This document shows, one piece after another, positions 52,566 to 61,423 of a DNA stretch of 64,000 nt. The notes under the pieces were generated by a model, which worked only from the letters and a program-made list of their open reading frames with translations, ran no database searches and was not told where the DNA came from. The translations under genes were made by a program, and so were the position numbers. The first letter of the stretch is position 1, and each line of letters opens with the position of its first letter. Location: positions 262,937-326,936 of the forward strand of contig JABHZE010000006.1 of assembly GCA_018653485.1 (NCBI GenBank), read 5' to 3'. This stretch comes from an archaeon (lineage in GTDB: Archaea > Nanobdellota > Nanobdellia > Pacearchaeales > GW2011-AR1).

Positions 52566-52886
52566 ATGGAAAAAATTTCTGTTGAAGAAGCAATTGAAAG
52601 ATTTTTACCTGAAGAGGTTGTTGATGATTTAAGGAAGAGGTTTAGAATAGGACAGGATAGTCAAACAACAGAGAGAAAACTCGGATTAGCTCTTGAGATG
52701 TTTTGTTATGAAGATGAATTTTCAAAAACAGATGAAGGGAGTGAATGGTATCATGAAAATTATGGGATGGATTTAGGACTTATAAGTTTAGAAGCTCATG
52801 AAGTTGCATTGAGGTATGTGGAGTCAAGACAAGAGGGAGTTAGAAGAACTTGTTCAAAATTAAGAAGGTTGCGTTTTACTGGTTGA
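52566..52886 (+). CDS. hypothetical acidic protein
   Basis: 106-aa ORF. No family recognised. Confidence 0.45.
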   Translation: MEKISVEEAIERFLPEEVVDDLRKRFRIGQDSQTTERKLGLALEMFCYEDEFSKTDEGSEWYHENYGMDLGLISLEAHEVALRYVESRQEGVRRTCSKLRRLRFTG

Positions 52887-52967
52887 TTTTGCTTTTCTTG
52901 ATTGGTTTGAGATACATTAAAAAACTTTAAAAGCATGTTATTTGTTGATTTATTGTATTAAACATAC

Positions 52968-53042
52968 GAGCCTATAGCTCAGTCAGGTCAGAGCACTGCT
53001 CTTATAAGGCAGGGGTCCCAAGTTCAAATCTTGGTAGGCTCA
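52968..53042 (+). tRNA. tRNA-Ile(UAU)
   Basis: gagccta-ta-gctc-agtcaggtca-gagc-a-ctgct-ctTATaa-ggcag-gggtc-ccaag-ttcaaat-cttgg-taggctc-a. All four stems pair, with one G-U. Confidence 0.85.
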
Positions 53043-53091
53043 TTTAAGGAAGATAAATTAATCTGATAGGATTTATGGAGAATAATGTAAA

Positions 53092-54273
53092 ATGTTAATT
53101 GGTTTGGTTGGTAAGCCTAGTTCGGGAAAAAGTACGTTCTTTAAAGCTGCGACTCTGGCAGATGTTTTAATTGCAGCTTATCCTTTTGCAACTATTAAGC
53201 CTAATCAGGGCGTGGGTTATGTTCGTGTTGAGTGTATTGATAAGGAATTTAATGCTCAATGTAATCCTTCAAAAGGTTATTGTGTGAAAGGAACTAGGTT
53301 TGTTCCAATTGATTTATTGGATGTTGCAGGATTAGTTGAAGGAGCTTCAGAGGGGAAAGGATTGGGTAATCAATTTTTAGATAATTTAACTTCTGCAGAT
53401 GCTTTTATTCATATTGTAGATGTTAGTGGAGAGACTGATGCTGAAGGAAAAGAAACAAAAGGGTATAATCCTGTAAAAGATATTGATATGTTAGAGAATG
53501 AATTAGATTTGTGGTATCTTGGAATTTTAAAAAAAGTTTGGAAAACTTTTTCAAAAAGTATACAAAATACAAAAGGAGAGTTTGCAAAGTCTGTTGCAAT
53601 TCAATTTTCTGGATTAAAAGTTAGTGAAGATGATATTAGGGAAGTTATTTTAAAAGATAAATTTGATATTGAAAAACCTTCTGAATGGGATGATGATGAA
53701 TTAAAAAGATTTTCTCATGAATTAAGACATTTAACTAAACCAATGATTATTGCAGCTAATAAAATTGATAAAGAAACTTCAAAAGAAAATTTAGAAAAAT
53801 TAAAAGAAGCTTACCCTGAATTAATGATTGTTCCATGTTCTGCGGATTCAGAGTTAGCATTAAGAGAAGCAAATAAGGCTGGATTAATTGATTATCTTCC
53901 AGGTTCTAAAAGTTTTAAAATTAAAGGAGATATTAATGAAAAACAGAAAAGTGCTTTAGAGAATATTCAGAAAAATGTTTTAGAGGTTTATGGAAGTACT
54001 GGTGTGCAAGATATCTTAGATAAAGTTATTTTTGATTTATTGAAATATATTGGAGTCTTTCCTGCTTCGGCAAATAAGTTAGCAGATAGTAAGGGGAATA
54101 TTTTACCTGATTGTTTTTTAATTAAAGATGGAAGCACTGCTTTAGATTTTGCATTTGCTATACATAGTGATTTAGGGAATAATTTTATTAGAGCAATTAA
54201 TGCAAGAACTAAACAAGCTGTTGGTAAGGAGCATAAGTTGAAGCATAGGGATGGGTTGGAAATAATCACTTAA
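53092..54273 (+). CDS. YchF/OLA1-like P-loop GTPase/ATPase with C-terminal TGS domain
   Basis: LIGLVGKPSSGKSTFF (G1), DVAGLVEGAS (G3), ANKID (G4), and a TGS-like C-terminus ending LKHRDGLEII. Confidence 0.85.
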   Translation: MLIGLVGKPSSGKSTFFKAATLADVLIAAYPFATIKPNQGVGYVRVECIDKEFNAQCNPSKGYCVKGTRFVPIDLLDVAGLVEGASEGKGLGNQFLDNLTSADAFIHIVDVSGETDAEGKETKGYNPVKDIDMLENELDLWYLGILKKVWKTFSKSIQNTKGEFAKSVAIQFSGLKVSEDDIREVILKDKFDIEKPSEWDDDELKRFSHELRHLTKPMIIAANKIDKETSKENLEKLKEAYPELMIVPCSADSELALREANKAGLIDYLPGSKSFKIKGDINEKQKSALENIQKNVLEVYGSTGVQDILDKVIFDLLKYIGVFPASANKLADSKGNILPDCFLIKDGSTALDFAFAIHSDLGNNFIRAINARTKQAVGKEHKLKHRDGLEIIT

Positions 54274-54545
54274 ATTTTTTTCATTTATTTTTGAAATGTT
54301 GTAAAATTTATATTATTGTGGCGAGTAGATTTGAGAGATCTGGGTTTATTAATAATCTAATTTGATTATTGTTAATAGAAAATATAATTTAGAAATTATA
54401 TAAGGATTTCTAATTCATAAAAAATCTGAAGAATTTTTAGACTTAGAAAGTGGTTCTTTATTTATAATATTATTGTAGTAGAATTACAGATATTGTATTG
54501 CAATTTTGTTTATAAAGAATTTTTTTTGTTTTTTATTATTGAAAA

Positions 54546-57320
54546 ATGGTTGATAAAAAATATGTTTATAGTTTTAAGGAAGGAAGTAAAGATATGAAGG
54601 AGATTTTGGGTGGAAAGGGGGCAAATCTTTCTGAGATGACAAATATTGGTATGCCTGTTCCTCCTGGATTTACAATTTCTACAGAAGCTTGTGATAATTT
54701 TTATAAAGATGGTAAAAGATTAAATGAGGTTGTTAAAAATCAAATTTCTGTAAAGTTAAAAGAATTAGAAACTGATATGAATAAACGATTTGGAGATTCA
54801 AACGATCCTTTATTAGTTAGTGTTCGAAGTGGAGCTGCTGTTTCAATGCCTGGAATGATGGATACTGTTCTTAATTTAGGATTAAATGATGAAAGTGTTC
54901 AAGGATTGATTCAGAAAACTGGAAATGAAAGATTTGTTTATGATTCTTATAGAAGATTTATTCAAATGTTTGGAGATGTTGTTATGAATGTTAAACATGA
55001 ATTATTTGAAGAAATTTTACAAAGAGTTAAAGATGGTAAGGGTGTTAAAGTTGATACTGAATTAGAAATTGAAGATTTAAAGAGAATTGTTAGTATGTAT
55101 AAGGAAGTAATTCAGGCAAAAACAGGGAGGCTGTTTCCGAATAATGTTCATGAACAATTAGAGATGGCTATTAATGCTGTTTTTTCAAGTTGGAATAATA
55201 ATCGTGCAATTGTTTATAGAAGAATGAATAATATTCATGGTTTAATTGGAACTGCGGTTAATGTTCAATCAATGGTTTATGGAAATATGGGTAATGATTC
55301 TGGAACAGGTGTTTGTTTTACTAGAAATCCTTCAACTGGTGAAAATAAATTTTATGGAGAATTTTTAATGAATGCTCAAGGGGAAGATGTTGTTGCAGGT
55401 ATAAGAACTCCTAAAAAAATTGAAGATTTAGGAGAGATAATGCCTGAAGTTTATAATCAATTATTGAAAATAAGAAATGATTTAGAATTACATTATAAGG
55501 ATATGCAAGATGTTGAATTTACAATTCAGCAAGGAAGATTATTTATTTTGCAAACTAGAAATGGAAAAAGAACTGCTCATGCTGCTGTGAGAAATGCTGT
55601 TGAAATGGTTAATGAAAGTTTGATAACTAAAGAAGAAGCTATTGTAAGGGTTGAAGCAGATAGTTTAGATCAATTATTGCATAAACAATTAGATGAAGTT
55701 CATAAAAAAGATTCTAAGGTTGTTGCTAGAGGGTTGCCTGCCTCACCTGGTGCAGCTGTTGGAAAGGTAGTGTTTAATGCAGAAGATGCTAAGGTTTTGG
55801 CTGGAAAGGGAGAGAAGTGTATTTTAGTTAGAATTGAAACAAGTCCTGAAGATATTGAAGGGATGGATGCTGCTGATGGTATTTTAACTGCTAGGGGTGG
55901 AATGACTTCACATGCCGCGGTTGTTGCAAGAGGGATGGGTAAATGTTGTGTTGCAGGTTGCTCTGATTTATCAATTAATGAAAATGCTAAATCTTTTGAT
56001 GCAAGTGGAATGCAATTTAGGGAAGGAGATATTATTAGTTTAGATGGAAGTAGTGGGGAGGTTTTTGTAGGTGAATTAAGATTAGTTTCTCCAACTTTGA
56101 GTGGAGATTTTGAAACTTTAATGCAATGGGCTGATAATTTAAGAAAATTAAAAGTTAGAACAAATGCAGATACTCCTAAAGATGCAAAGATGGCTATTTC
56201 ATTTGGTGCAGAAGGAATTGGATTATGTAGAACAGAACATATGTTTTTTGAAGAGTCAAGAATTAAGGCGGTTAGAGAAATGATTTTATCTGATAATGTG
56301 GAGGGAAGAAAAAATGCTTTAAATAAAATTCTTCCAATGCAAAGAGGAGATTTTAGAATGCTTTTTGAAGTTATGGATGGAAGACCTGTTACAATTAGAT
56401 TTTTAGATCCACCTTTACATGAATTTTTACCAAGAGAAGAGAGAGAAATAGAAGAACTTTCAAGGGATATGGGTGTTAGTGTTGAAAAAATAAAAAGTAA
56501 AATAGAAGAGTTACATGAGTTTAATCCGATGTTAGGGCATAGAGGGTGTAGATTAGCTGTAACTTATCCTGAAATCGCTGAGATGCAGTCTAGAGCTGTT
56601 TTTGAAGCTTGTTGTGAATGTATTGGAAATGGAAAAAACATAGTACCTGAAGTTATGATTCCATTAGTTGGAAATACAAAAGAATTTGAACATCAAAAAG
56701 AAATAGTTGATAGGGTTGCTAAGGAAGTTAAGGAAGAGAAGGGTATTAATTTTGAATATAAAGTTGGAACAATGATTGAAGTTCCACGAGGCGCTGTTAC
56801 TGCTGATAAGATTGCAAATAGTGCTGAATTTTTTTCTTTTGGAACAAATGATTTAACTCAAATGGGTTGTGGGTTTTCAAGAGATGACTCTGGTAAATTT
56901 TTAAAGGAATATGTTGATTTAGGAATTTTCAAAAGAGATCCATTTCAAGCCTTAGATCAAGAAGGTATTGGAGAGTTAATGAAAATTGCAGTGTCAAAGG
57001 GGAAAAGTGTTAGGAAAGATTTAAAGTTAGGAATTTGTGGTGAACATGGTGGAGAACCTAGTTCAATTGAATTTTGTCATGATATTGGCTTAGACTATGT
57101 TTCATGTTCTCCATTTAGAGTTCCTATTGCTCGTCTTGCAGCAGCGCAAGCAAGTGTTAAAGCAAAAAAGAAAAAAGAAGAAAAAGCATACAAAGAAATT
57201 GTTAAAAATTCTGTTGAAGAAATTAAAGGGAAGTATGGTAGTTCAATTAGTATGGAAGATTTAGAAAAAGAATTAAGTAGTAAGATAAGTCCTGATGTTT
57301 TAAGAAGAGTTAGAGGTTAG
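54546..57320 (+). CDS. ppdK: pyruvate, phosphate dikinase
   Basis: 924 aa. YVYSFKEG...LGGKGANLSEMTNIGMPVPPGFTIST, the phospho-His loop GGMTSHAAVVARGMG, and the PEP-utilising TIM barrel (GLCRTEHMF, FFSFGTNDLTQ, CGEHGGEP). A ~50-aa Lys-rich tail follows. Confidence 0.95.
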   Translation: MVDKKYVYSFKEGSKDMKEILGGKGANLSEMTNIGMPVPPGFTISTEACDNFYKDGKRLNEVVKNQISVKLKELETDMNKRFGDSNDPLLVSVRSGAAVSMPGMMDTVLNLGLNDESVQGLIQKTGNERFVYDSYRRFIQMFGDVVMNVKHELFEEILQRVKDGKGVKVDTELEIEDLKRIVSMYKEVIQAKTGRLFPNNVHEQLEMAINAVFSSWNNNRAIVYRRMNNIHGLIGTAVNVQSMVYGNMGNDSGTGVCFTRNPSTGENKFYGEFLMNAQGEDVVAGIRTPKKIEDLGEIMPEVYNQLLKIRNDLELHYKDMQDVEFTIQQGRLFILQTRNGKRTAHAAVRNAVEMVNESLITKEEAIVRVEADSLDQLLHKQLDEVHKKDSKVVARGLPASPGAAVGKVVFNAEDAKVLAGKGEKCILVRIETSPEDIEGMDAADGILTARGGMTSHAAVVARGMGKCCVAGCSDLSINENAKSFDASGMQFREGDIISLDGSSGEVFVGELRLVSPTLSGDFETLMQWADNLRKLKVRTNADTPKDAKMAISFGAEGIGLCRTEHMFFEESRIKAVREMILSDNVEGRKNALNKILPMQRGDFRMLFEVMDGRPVTIRFLDPPLHEFLPREEREIEELSRDMGVSVEKIKSKIEELHEFNPMLGHRGCRLAVTYPEIAEMQSRAVFEACCECIGNGKNIVPEVMIPLVGNTKEFEHQKEIVDRVAKEVKEEKGINFEYKVGTMIEVPRGAVTADKIANSAEFFSFGTNDLTQMGCGFSRDDSGKFLKEYVDLGIFKRDPFQALDQEGIGELMKIAVSKGKSVRKDLKLGICGEHGGEPSSIEFCHDIGLDYVSCSPFRVPIARLAAAQASVKAKKKKEEKAYKEIVKNSVEEIKGKYGSSISMEDLEKELSSKISPDVLRRVRG

Positions 57321-57374
57321 TTTTTAATTGTATTGTTGAGTATAGTAATGGTTATATTTTTAAGAAATAATTTT

Positions 57375-58001
57375 TTATCTAATATTTAATCTTTCTAAGA
57401 TTTCTGTTGCAATCTTTTGGATTGTTTGTTCACCATTAATTGTGATTAATAAATTATCATAAATTTCTAAAACAGGTTGTGTTTCTTGTTTATAGATTTC
57501 TAATCTTTTTTTAACTGCTTCTTTTGTATCATCATTTCTTTTTATTAAATCTCCATTACATTTATCGCAAATTCCTTTTTGTTTTGGTTTAGGTGCTGTT
57601 AATTCATTATAATTTGCATTACAATTTTCACAATTTACTCTTCCTGAAAGTCTTTTGATTGCTTCTTCATCTGAAAGAGTTATTTCAATTACATTATCTA
57701 TTTTAGTTATTTCTTCAAGAAGTTTTGCCTGAGCAGTATTTCTTGGAAATCCATCAAGTATAAATCCATTATCTGTATCTGGTTTTTCAATTCTTTGTTT
57801 TAAAATTTTTATGATTAATTTATCTGGAACTAACTTTCCCTCATTCATATAATTATCAAGTTCTTCTTTAAGTTCTCCTTTTGCTTCTCTAAGTAAATCT
57901 CCTGTAGAGATATGAGGTATAGAAAGTTTCTCTGCAAGTATTTTTGCTTGAGTTCCTTTACCACTTCCTTGAGGGCCAATAAAAATTAATTTTTGTGTCA
58001 T
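57375..58001 (-). CDS. adk: adenylate kinase, long bacterial-type with zinc LID
   Basis: LIFIGPQGSGKGTQ, ILDGFPR, and LID cysteines CENCNANY...CDKCNGDL. ATG at 58001 is preferred to the TTG at 58025. Confidence 0.9.
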   Translation of the reverse strand: MTQKLIFIGPQGSGKGTQAKILAEKLSIPHISTGDLLREAKGELKEELDNYMNEGKLVPDKLIIKILKQRIEKPDTDNGFILDGFPRNTAQAKLLEEITKIDNVIEITLSDEEAIKRLSGRVNCENCNANYNELTAPKPKQKGICDKCNGDLIKRNDDTKEAVKKRLEIYKQETQPVLEIYDNLLITINGEQTIQKIATEILERLNIR

Positions 58002-58114
58002 TTTTCTTTTTTTATATTTTTTCAAAAGAAAAAGGGTTTTTAAATATTCTTATTGTTTGAAAATATTAAAATTATCTATTTATGTCTGGGTATAAAATGT
58101 TTAGATTTAATGTT

Positions 58115-58861
58115 TTAATTTTGTTTACTTTTCCATCCAAGTTTTTTCATAATTTTTAAATCACTTTCTGTTTTGTATTTGTCTATTGTTGTTTCTAAAG
58201 TTACTGTTGCATTTTTTGGAATTAATTTTACTATCTTTTTTAAATCTATATTTGATTCTGATAATTGAAGATGTGTTTCATCTCCTTTTATTAAATTTAG
58301 GAAATTCCAAGTTTTTTGTCCTCCTAAATGAAAGTGAGTTGGTTTTAGTTTAATGAATTCTTTAATAAATTTTATTTGATTTTTTCCTAATTTATTTGCA
58401 ACAGAAATTGCATGATTAAAATCTAAACAAAATCCTTTTCCTGTTAATTTCATAAATTCTTTCATTTCTTTTGGAGTTTTGCAAAGGGCGGTTTTCATGT
58501 CAGTTATATTCTCAATTACAATTCTTTTATCGTCGAGATTTTTAGCAAATTTAATTGCAGTTTCTTTTGAACAATTTTTGTTTACAATTCTTCCTGGATG
58601 CATAACTATTTTTTTTGCATTTGTTTTGTCTGCTAATTTTCTTGCAAAATTAATTGATTTTAAATTTTTGTTTTTTAATTTAGAATCGGTATTATTTATT
58701 CCAAACCCTTGATGTTCTGCATGAATTATTATAGGTTTTTTGAAATTTTTTAGAAAATCATAATTATTTTTTTGAATTGCTTGAATTTCAAAGAAGTCGC
58801 ATTTATTTTGGAAGTGCCTTAGGAAATCTTCATTATCATATGTTTTAACACCTATTTTCAT
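58115..58861 (-). CDS. xylose-isomerase-like TIM-barrel protein (AP endonuclease 2 / sugar-phosphate isomerase family)
   Basis: 248 aa with the metal-ligand-like series IIIHAEH, VMHPG, VIENI, LDFNHA, HFHLGG and TLETT. Confidence 0.6.
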   Translation of the reverse strand: MKIGVKTYDNEDFLRHFQNKCDFFEIQAIQKNNYDFLKNFKKPIIIHAEHQGFGINNTDSKLKNKNLKSINFARKLADKTNAKKIVMHPGRIVNKNCSKETAIKFAKNLDDKRIVIENITDMKTALCKTPKEMKEFMKLTGKGFCLDFNHAISVANKLGKNQIKFIKEFIKLKPTHFHLGGQKTWNFLNLIKGDETHLQLSESNIDLKKIVKLIPKNATVTLETTIDKYKTESDLKIMKKLGWKSKQN

Positions 58862-58973
58862 GATATGGTTAATTGGTTAAGGTATTTAAATTTTATTTAT
58901 TACATAAATACTTTAATAGGTGTGTTAGGTTTATTAAAGGATTAAAAAGTAGAAATAAAATTTTACAAATAGA

Positions 58974-59663
58974 ATGATAGCCTATGCAGGGTGGACAAAA
59001 AATGAAATAAAGTTTTTTTATATCCCTTCAGTTTTGTTAAGTTTTGAATATACTGAAGGGCGTGAAGAAAAAATTAGACATATTTATGATCCAGAGAAAT
59101 TAAGTTTAGTTGGTAAATTAATTAGAACTAATGGGGGGGAAGATTATTTTGATAATAAGGGGTGGTCTATTGCTAGTTTGAAGATTTCTAAATCTAAGAT
59201 TAAGAAATTTGTTAGTGCTTGTTTTAAAAATAAATCTCCTAGAAAATTAAGAAAAAAACAGAAGAAATTATTTAGAATTGTTAGAAGTGTTTTTGAAGAT
59301 CTTCAAGCTTTTGAAGATAAGGTATATAAAAAACTTGCTGAAGAGGGCGATGATTTTTATGATGGTTCTAGGGAAGAATTAGGTAGAGAATCAGATTATG
59401 TTAAACAATTTGAAAAAGATTATCCTTATGATAAAGAAGATTATCTTAATGATTGGTGGTTAAGGGGCGAAGAGAGTGATCCATTGTGGGATGATTATTG
59501 GGGCAGGGATGATTGGAGTGAGAATGAGGTTGAGGGTGATAATAAGGAGAATTTGGAGGAAAATGTGGGTGAAGAAGATTATGATGATAATGAGATGGAT
59601 ACTCCTAATGCAATAATTTATTTTCCGTATCTTCATGGAGGGCCTTGGAGTAAACGAGTTTAA
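58974..59663 (+). CDS. hypothetical protein with acidic Trp/Asp-rich C-terminus
   Basis: 229-aa ORF. No family recognised. Confidence 0.5.
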   Translation: MIAYAGWTKNEIKFFYIPSVLLSFEYTEGREEKIRHIYDPEKLSLVGKLIRTNGGEDYFDNKGWSIASLKISKSKIKKFVSACFKNKSPRKLRKKQKKLFRIVRSVFEDLQAFEDKVYKKLAEEGDDFYDGSREELGRESDYVKQFEKDYPYDKEDYLNDWWLRGEESDPLWDDYWGRDDWSENEVEGDNKENLEENVGEEDYDDNEMDTPNAIIYFPYLHGGPWSKRV

Positions 59664-59687
59664 TTAATGTAGTTAAAATTATAAATC

Positions 59688-60194
59688 ATGAATTTATTTG
59701 TTAAATATAAAATGGGTATAAAATATGGTATTGCAGAGGATTTGCAAGAGATTATGAATGAAATTGCTAGTATGCTTTTTCCACATGTTAAAATAGATTC
59801 TGTTATTTGTCTTCGGAGTGTTGGAAGTAGTTCTCGAGGAGTAATTGCAAGATGTCATGCATTAGGAAAGGCAATGCAGATGGCTATGGGAAGAAAAGGA
59901 TTTTATGTTATTGAAGTTATTTCAGAAAGATTTGATAATCAAAAAAAAGAAGATCAAATTAGAACTTTAATTCATGAGTTGATGCATATTCCAAAAAGTT
60001 TTGGAGGGGGTTTTAAGTATCATGATTATGTTACTGATAGAAATGTTGAAGTAGAGTATCAAAGATATGTTAATCTTAAAAAAAAGGAAGAGAAAAATTA
60101 TAATAATGCAGAAGATTTAATTGAAGAGGCTAATGAGGTTGAAGAAGTTGAAGAAGTTGAAGAAACTAATTATGGCAGTAAAAAATGGTGGTAG
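59688..60194 (+). CDS. predicted zinc metallopeptidase (HExxH), archaeal COG4900-like
   Basis: IRTLIHELMHIPKSFGGGFKYHD carries the HExxH motif. An acidic EVEEVEE tail follows. Confidence 0.55.
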   Translation: MNLFVKYKMGIKYGIAEDLQEIMNEIASMLFPHVKIDSVICLRSVGSSSRGVIARCHALGKAMQMAMGRKGFYVIEVISERFDNQKKEDQIRTLIHELMHIPKSFGGGFKYHDYVTDRNVEVEYQRYVNLKKKEEKNYNNAEDLIEEANEVEEVEEVEETNYGSKKWW

Positions 60195-60231
60195 GATGAG
60201 CTTTTTTTAACTAAAATTTTAAAAAAGAAAA

Positions 60232-60570
60232 ATGAAAACAAAAAAATTTAAATTTAATTATCGAGGAGAAAATATGGAATTAGATGTTGAAGTTTGTGAT
60301 AATGTTTTTTCTCAGGCAAAAGGTTTGATGTTTAGAAATGATGGGAAAGCATTATTATTTATTTTTTCAAATAGTAAACTTCGTGCAATTCATTCTTTTT
60401 TTTGTAAGCCTTTTTTTGCAATATGGTTTGATAAAATGCATGTTATCGACGATAAATTAGTTGATAAATGGAAGCCATCTATTTATCCTTCTGAAAAATT
60501 TGATATGCTTTTAGAAATTCCTGCTAGGAATAAAATGTTTGGAGAGATTTCTCGTCGGAGAAACCTTTAA
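60232..60570 (+). CDS. DUF192-like protein
   Basis: AKGLMFRNDGKALLFIF...IHSFFCKPFFAIWFD resembles the DUF192 (COG1430) signature. Confidence 0.6.
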   Translation: MKTKKFKFNYRGENMELDVEVCDNVFSQAKGLMFRNDGKALLFIFSNSKLRAIHSFFCKPFFAIWFDKMHVIDDKLVDKWKPSIYPSEKFDMLLEIPARNKMFGEISRRRNL

Positions 60571-60619
60571 ATACTAAAACGACTTTTAATAATTAATTTA
60601 TAGAGAAGGAGGTAAAAAA

Positions 60620-60811
60620 ATGGGAAAAGTTGTTGCAAAAAAAGTTGTTGAAAGAAAATCTGGTTACCTTTATTATGTAGATGGTCAAGGGAATGTTTGT
60701 GAAGCTAAGATGGCAAGAGGCGGTAAAAAGAAAAAGAAAAAAGTCGCTAAAAAGCCTGTAAAGAAAAAAGCCGCAAAGAAAAAACCAGCTAAAAAGAAAA
60801 AGAAAAAATAA
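60620..60811 (+). CDS. small highly basic protein (possible nucleic-acid-binding)
   Basis: GGAGGT lies 8 nt upstream. A folded-looking N-terminus KSGYLYYVDGQGNVCEAKM is followed by a histone-H1-like tail KKKKKKVAKKPVKKKAAKKKPAKKKKKK. Confidence 0.5.
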   Translation: MGKVVAKKVVERKSGYLYYVDGQGNVCEAKMARGGKKKKKKVAKKPVKKKAAKKKPAKKKKKK

Positions 60812-61020
60812 TATTTAATTTTCTGAGGAAAAAGAGGTGATTTTTATTTTTTTATTGTTTATATTTTTTATTTTTGTTTGAGTGACGGGGGTTTTTATGA
60901 GGGGGGAGATTTATTATGGGGGGTGATATTTTTTAGAGAGAGGTTTTATTTTTGGGAAGATATTATTATCGATAAAATGCATTTAGTTAAATTTATATAA
61001 AAATTTGACTTATTATAATT

Positions 61021-61122
61021 ATGAAATTAATTGAATTGTTACAAAGAATTGGATTAGTAGTAGGAATATTATTAATTATTTTTTTGATAATTTTAAATAT
61101 TAATGTATGGTTTTTAGGATGA
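61021..61122 (+). CDS. micro-ORF 1 (33 aa, single TM)
   Basis: MKLIELLQRIGLVVGILLIIFLIILNINVWFLG. Its TGA overlaps the ATG of the next ORF (ATGA). Confidence 0.3.
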   Translation: MKLIELLQRIGLVVGILLIIFLIILNINVWFLG

Positions 61123-61298
61123 TAAGAACATCTAATATTTTGAATATAATTATTGCCTTAACAACTCTTGCATTGATTTTATATTGGATTGGAAGATTTA
61201 ATGGAACTGATTGTTTTGCTTGGTTTGATTATTTTATCTCTTTTGGAACTCTTTTTATAAATTTAGGAATAAATATTTTGGCTGCTTTTGGAAAATGA
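61119..61298 (+). CDS. micro-ORF 2 (59 aa, 2 TM)
   Basis: MIRTSNILNIIIALTTLALILYWIG...ISFGTLFINLGINILAAFGK. ATGA overlaps occur at both ends; the track start at 61107 is also possible. Confidence 0.4.
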   Translation: MIRTSNILNIIIALTTLALILYWIGRFNGTDCFAWFDYFISFGTLFINLGINILAAFGK

Positions 61299-61393
61299 AA
61301 AAAGATATGATTGAGATTTTTGTAAGTTTTATAGTTATTTTATCTTTTTTCATTGGGATTAGTTTTTTGTTCATGGCTTTTTATTATCGATAG
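61295..61393 (+). CDS. micro-ORF 3 (32 aa, single TM)
   Basis: MKKDMIEIFVSFIVILSFFIGISFLFMAFYYR. Its start overlaps the stop of micro-ORF 2. Confidence 0.3.
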   Translation: MKKDMIEIFVSFIVILSFFIGISFLFMAFYYR

Positions 61394-61423
61394 AATTATA
61401 AATTAAATTTTTGTTTGTTATTT

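Noticed and set aside
54274-54545. 272-nt gap upstream of ppdK containing the palindrome atataattt-ag-aaattatat.
   Set aside because: A/T-only palindromes of this size are expected by chance in such AT-rich intergenic DNA. There is no second copy or associated motif to support a specific regulatory call.
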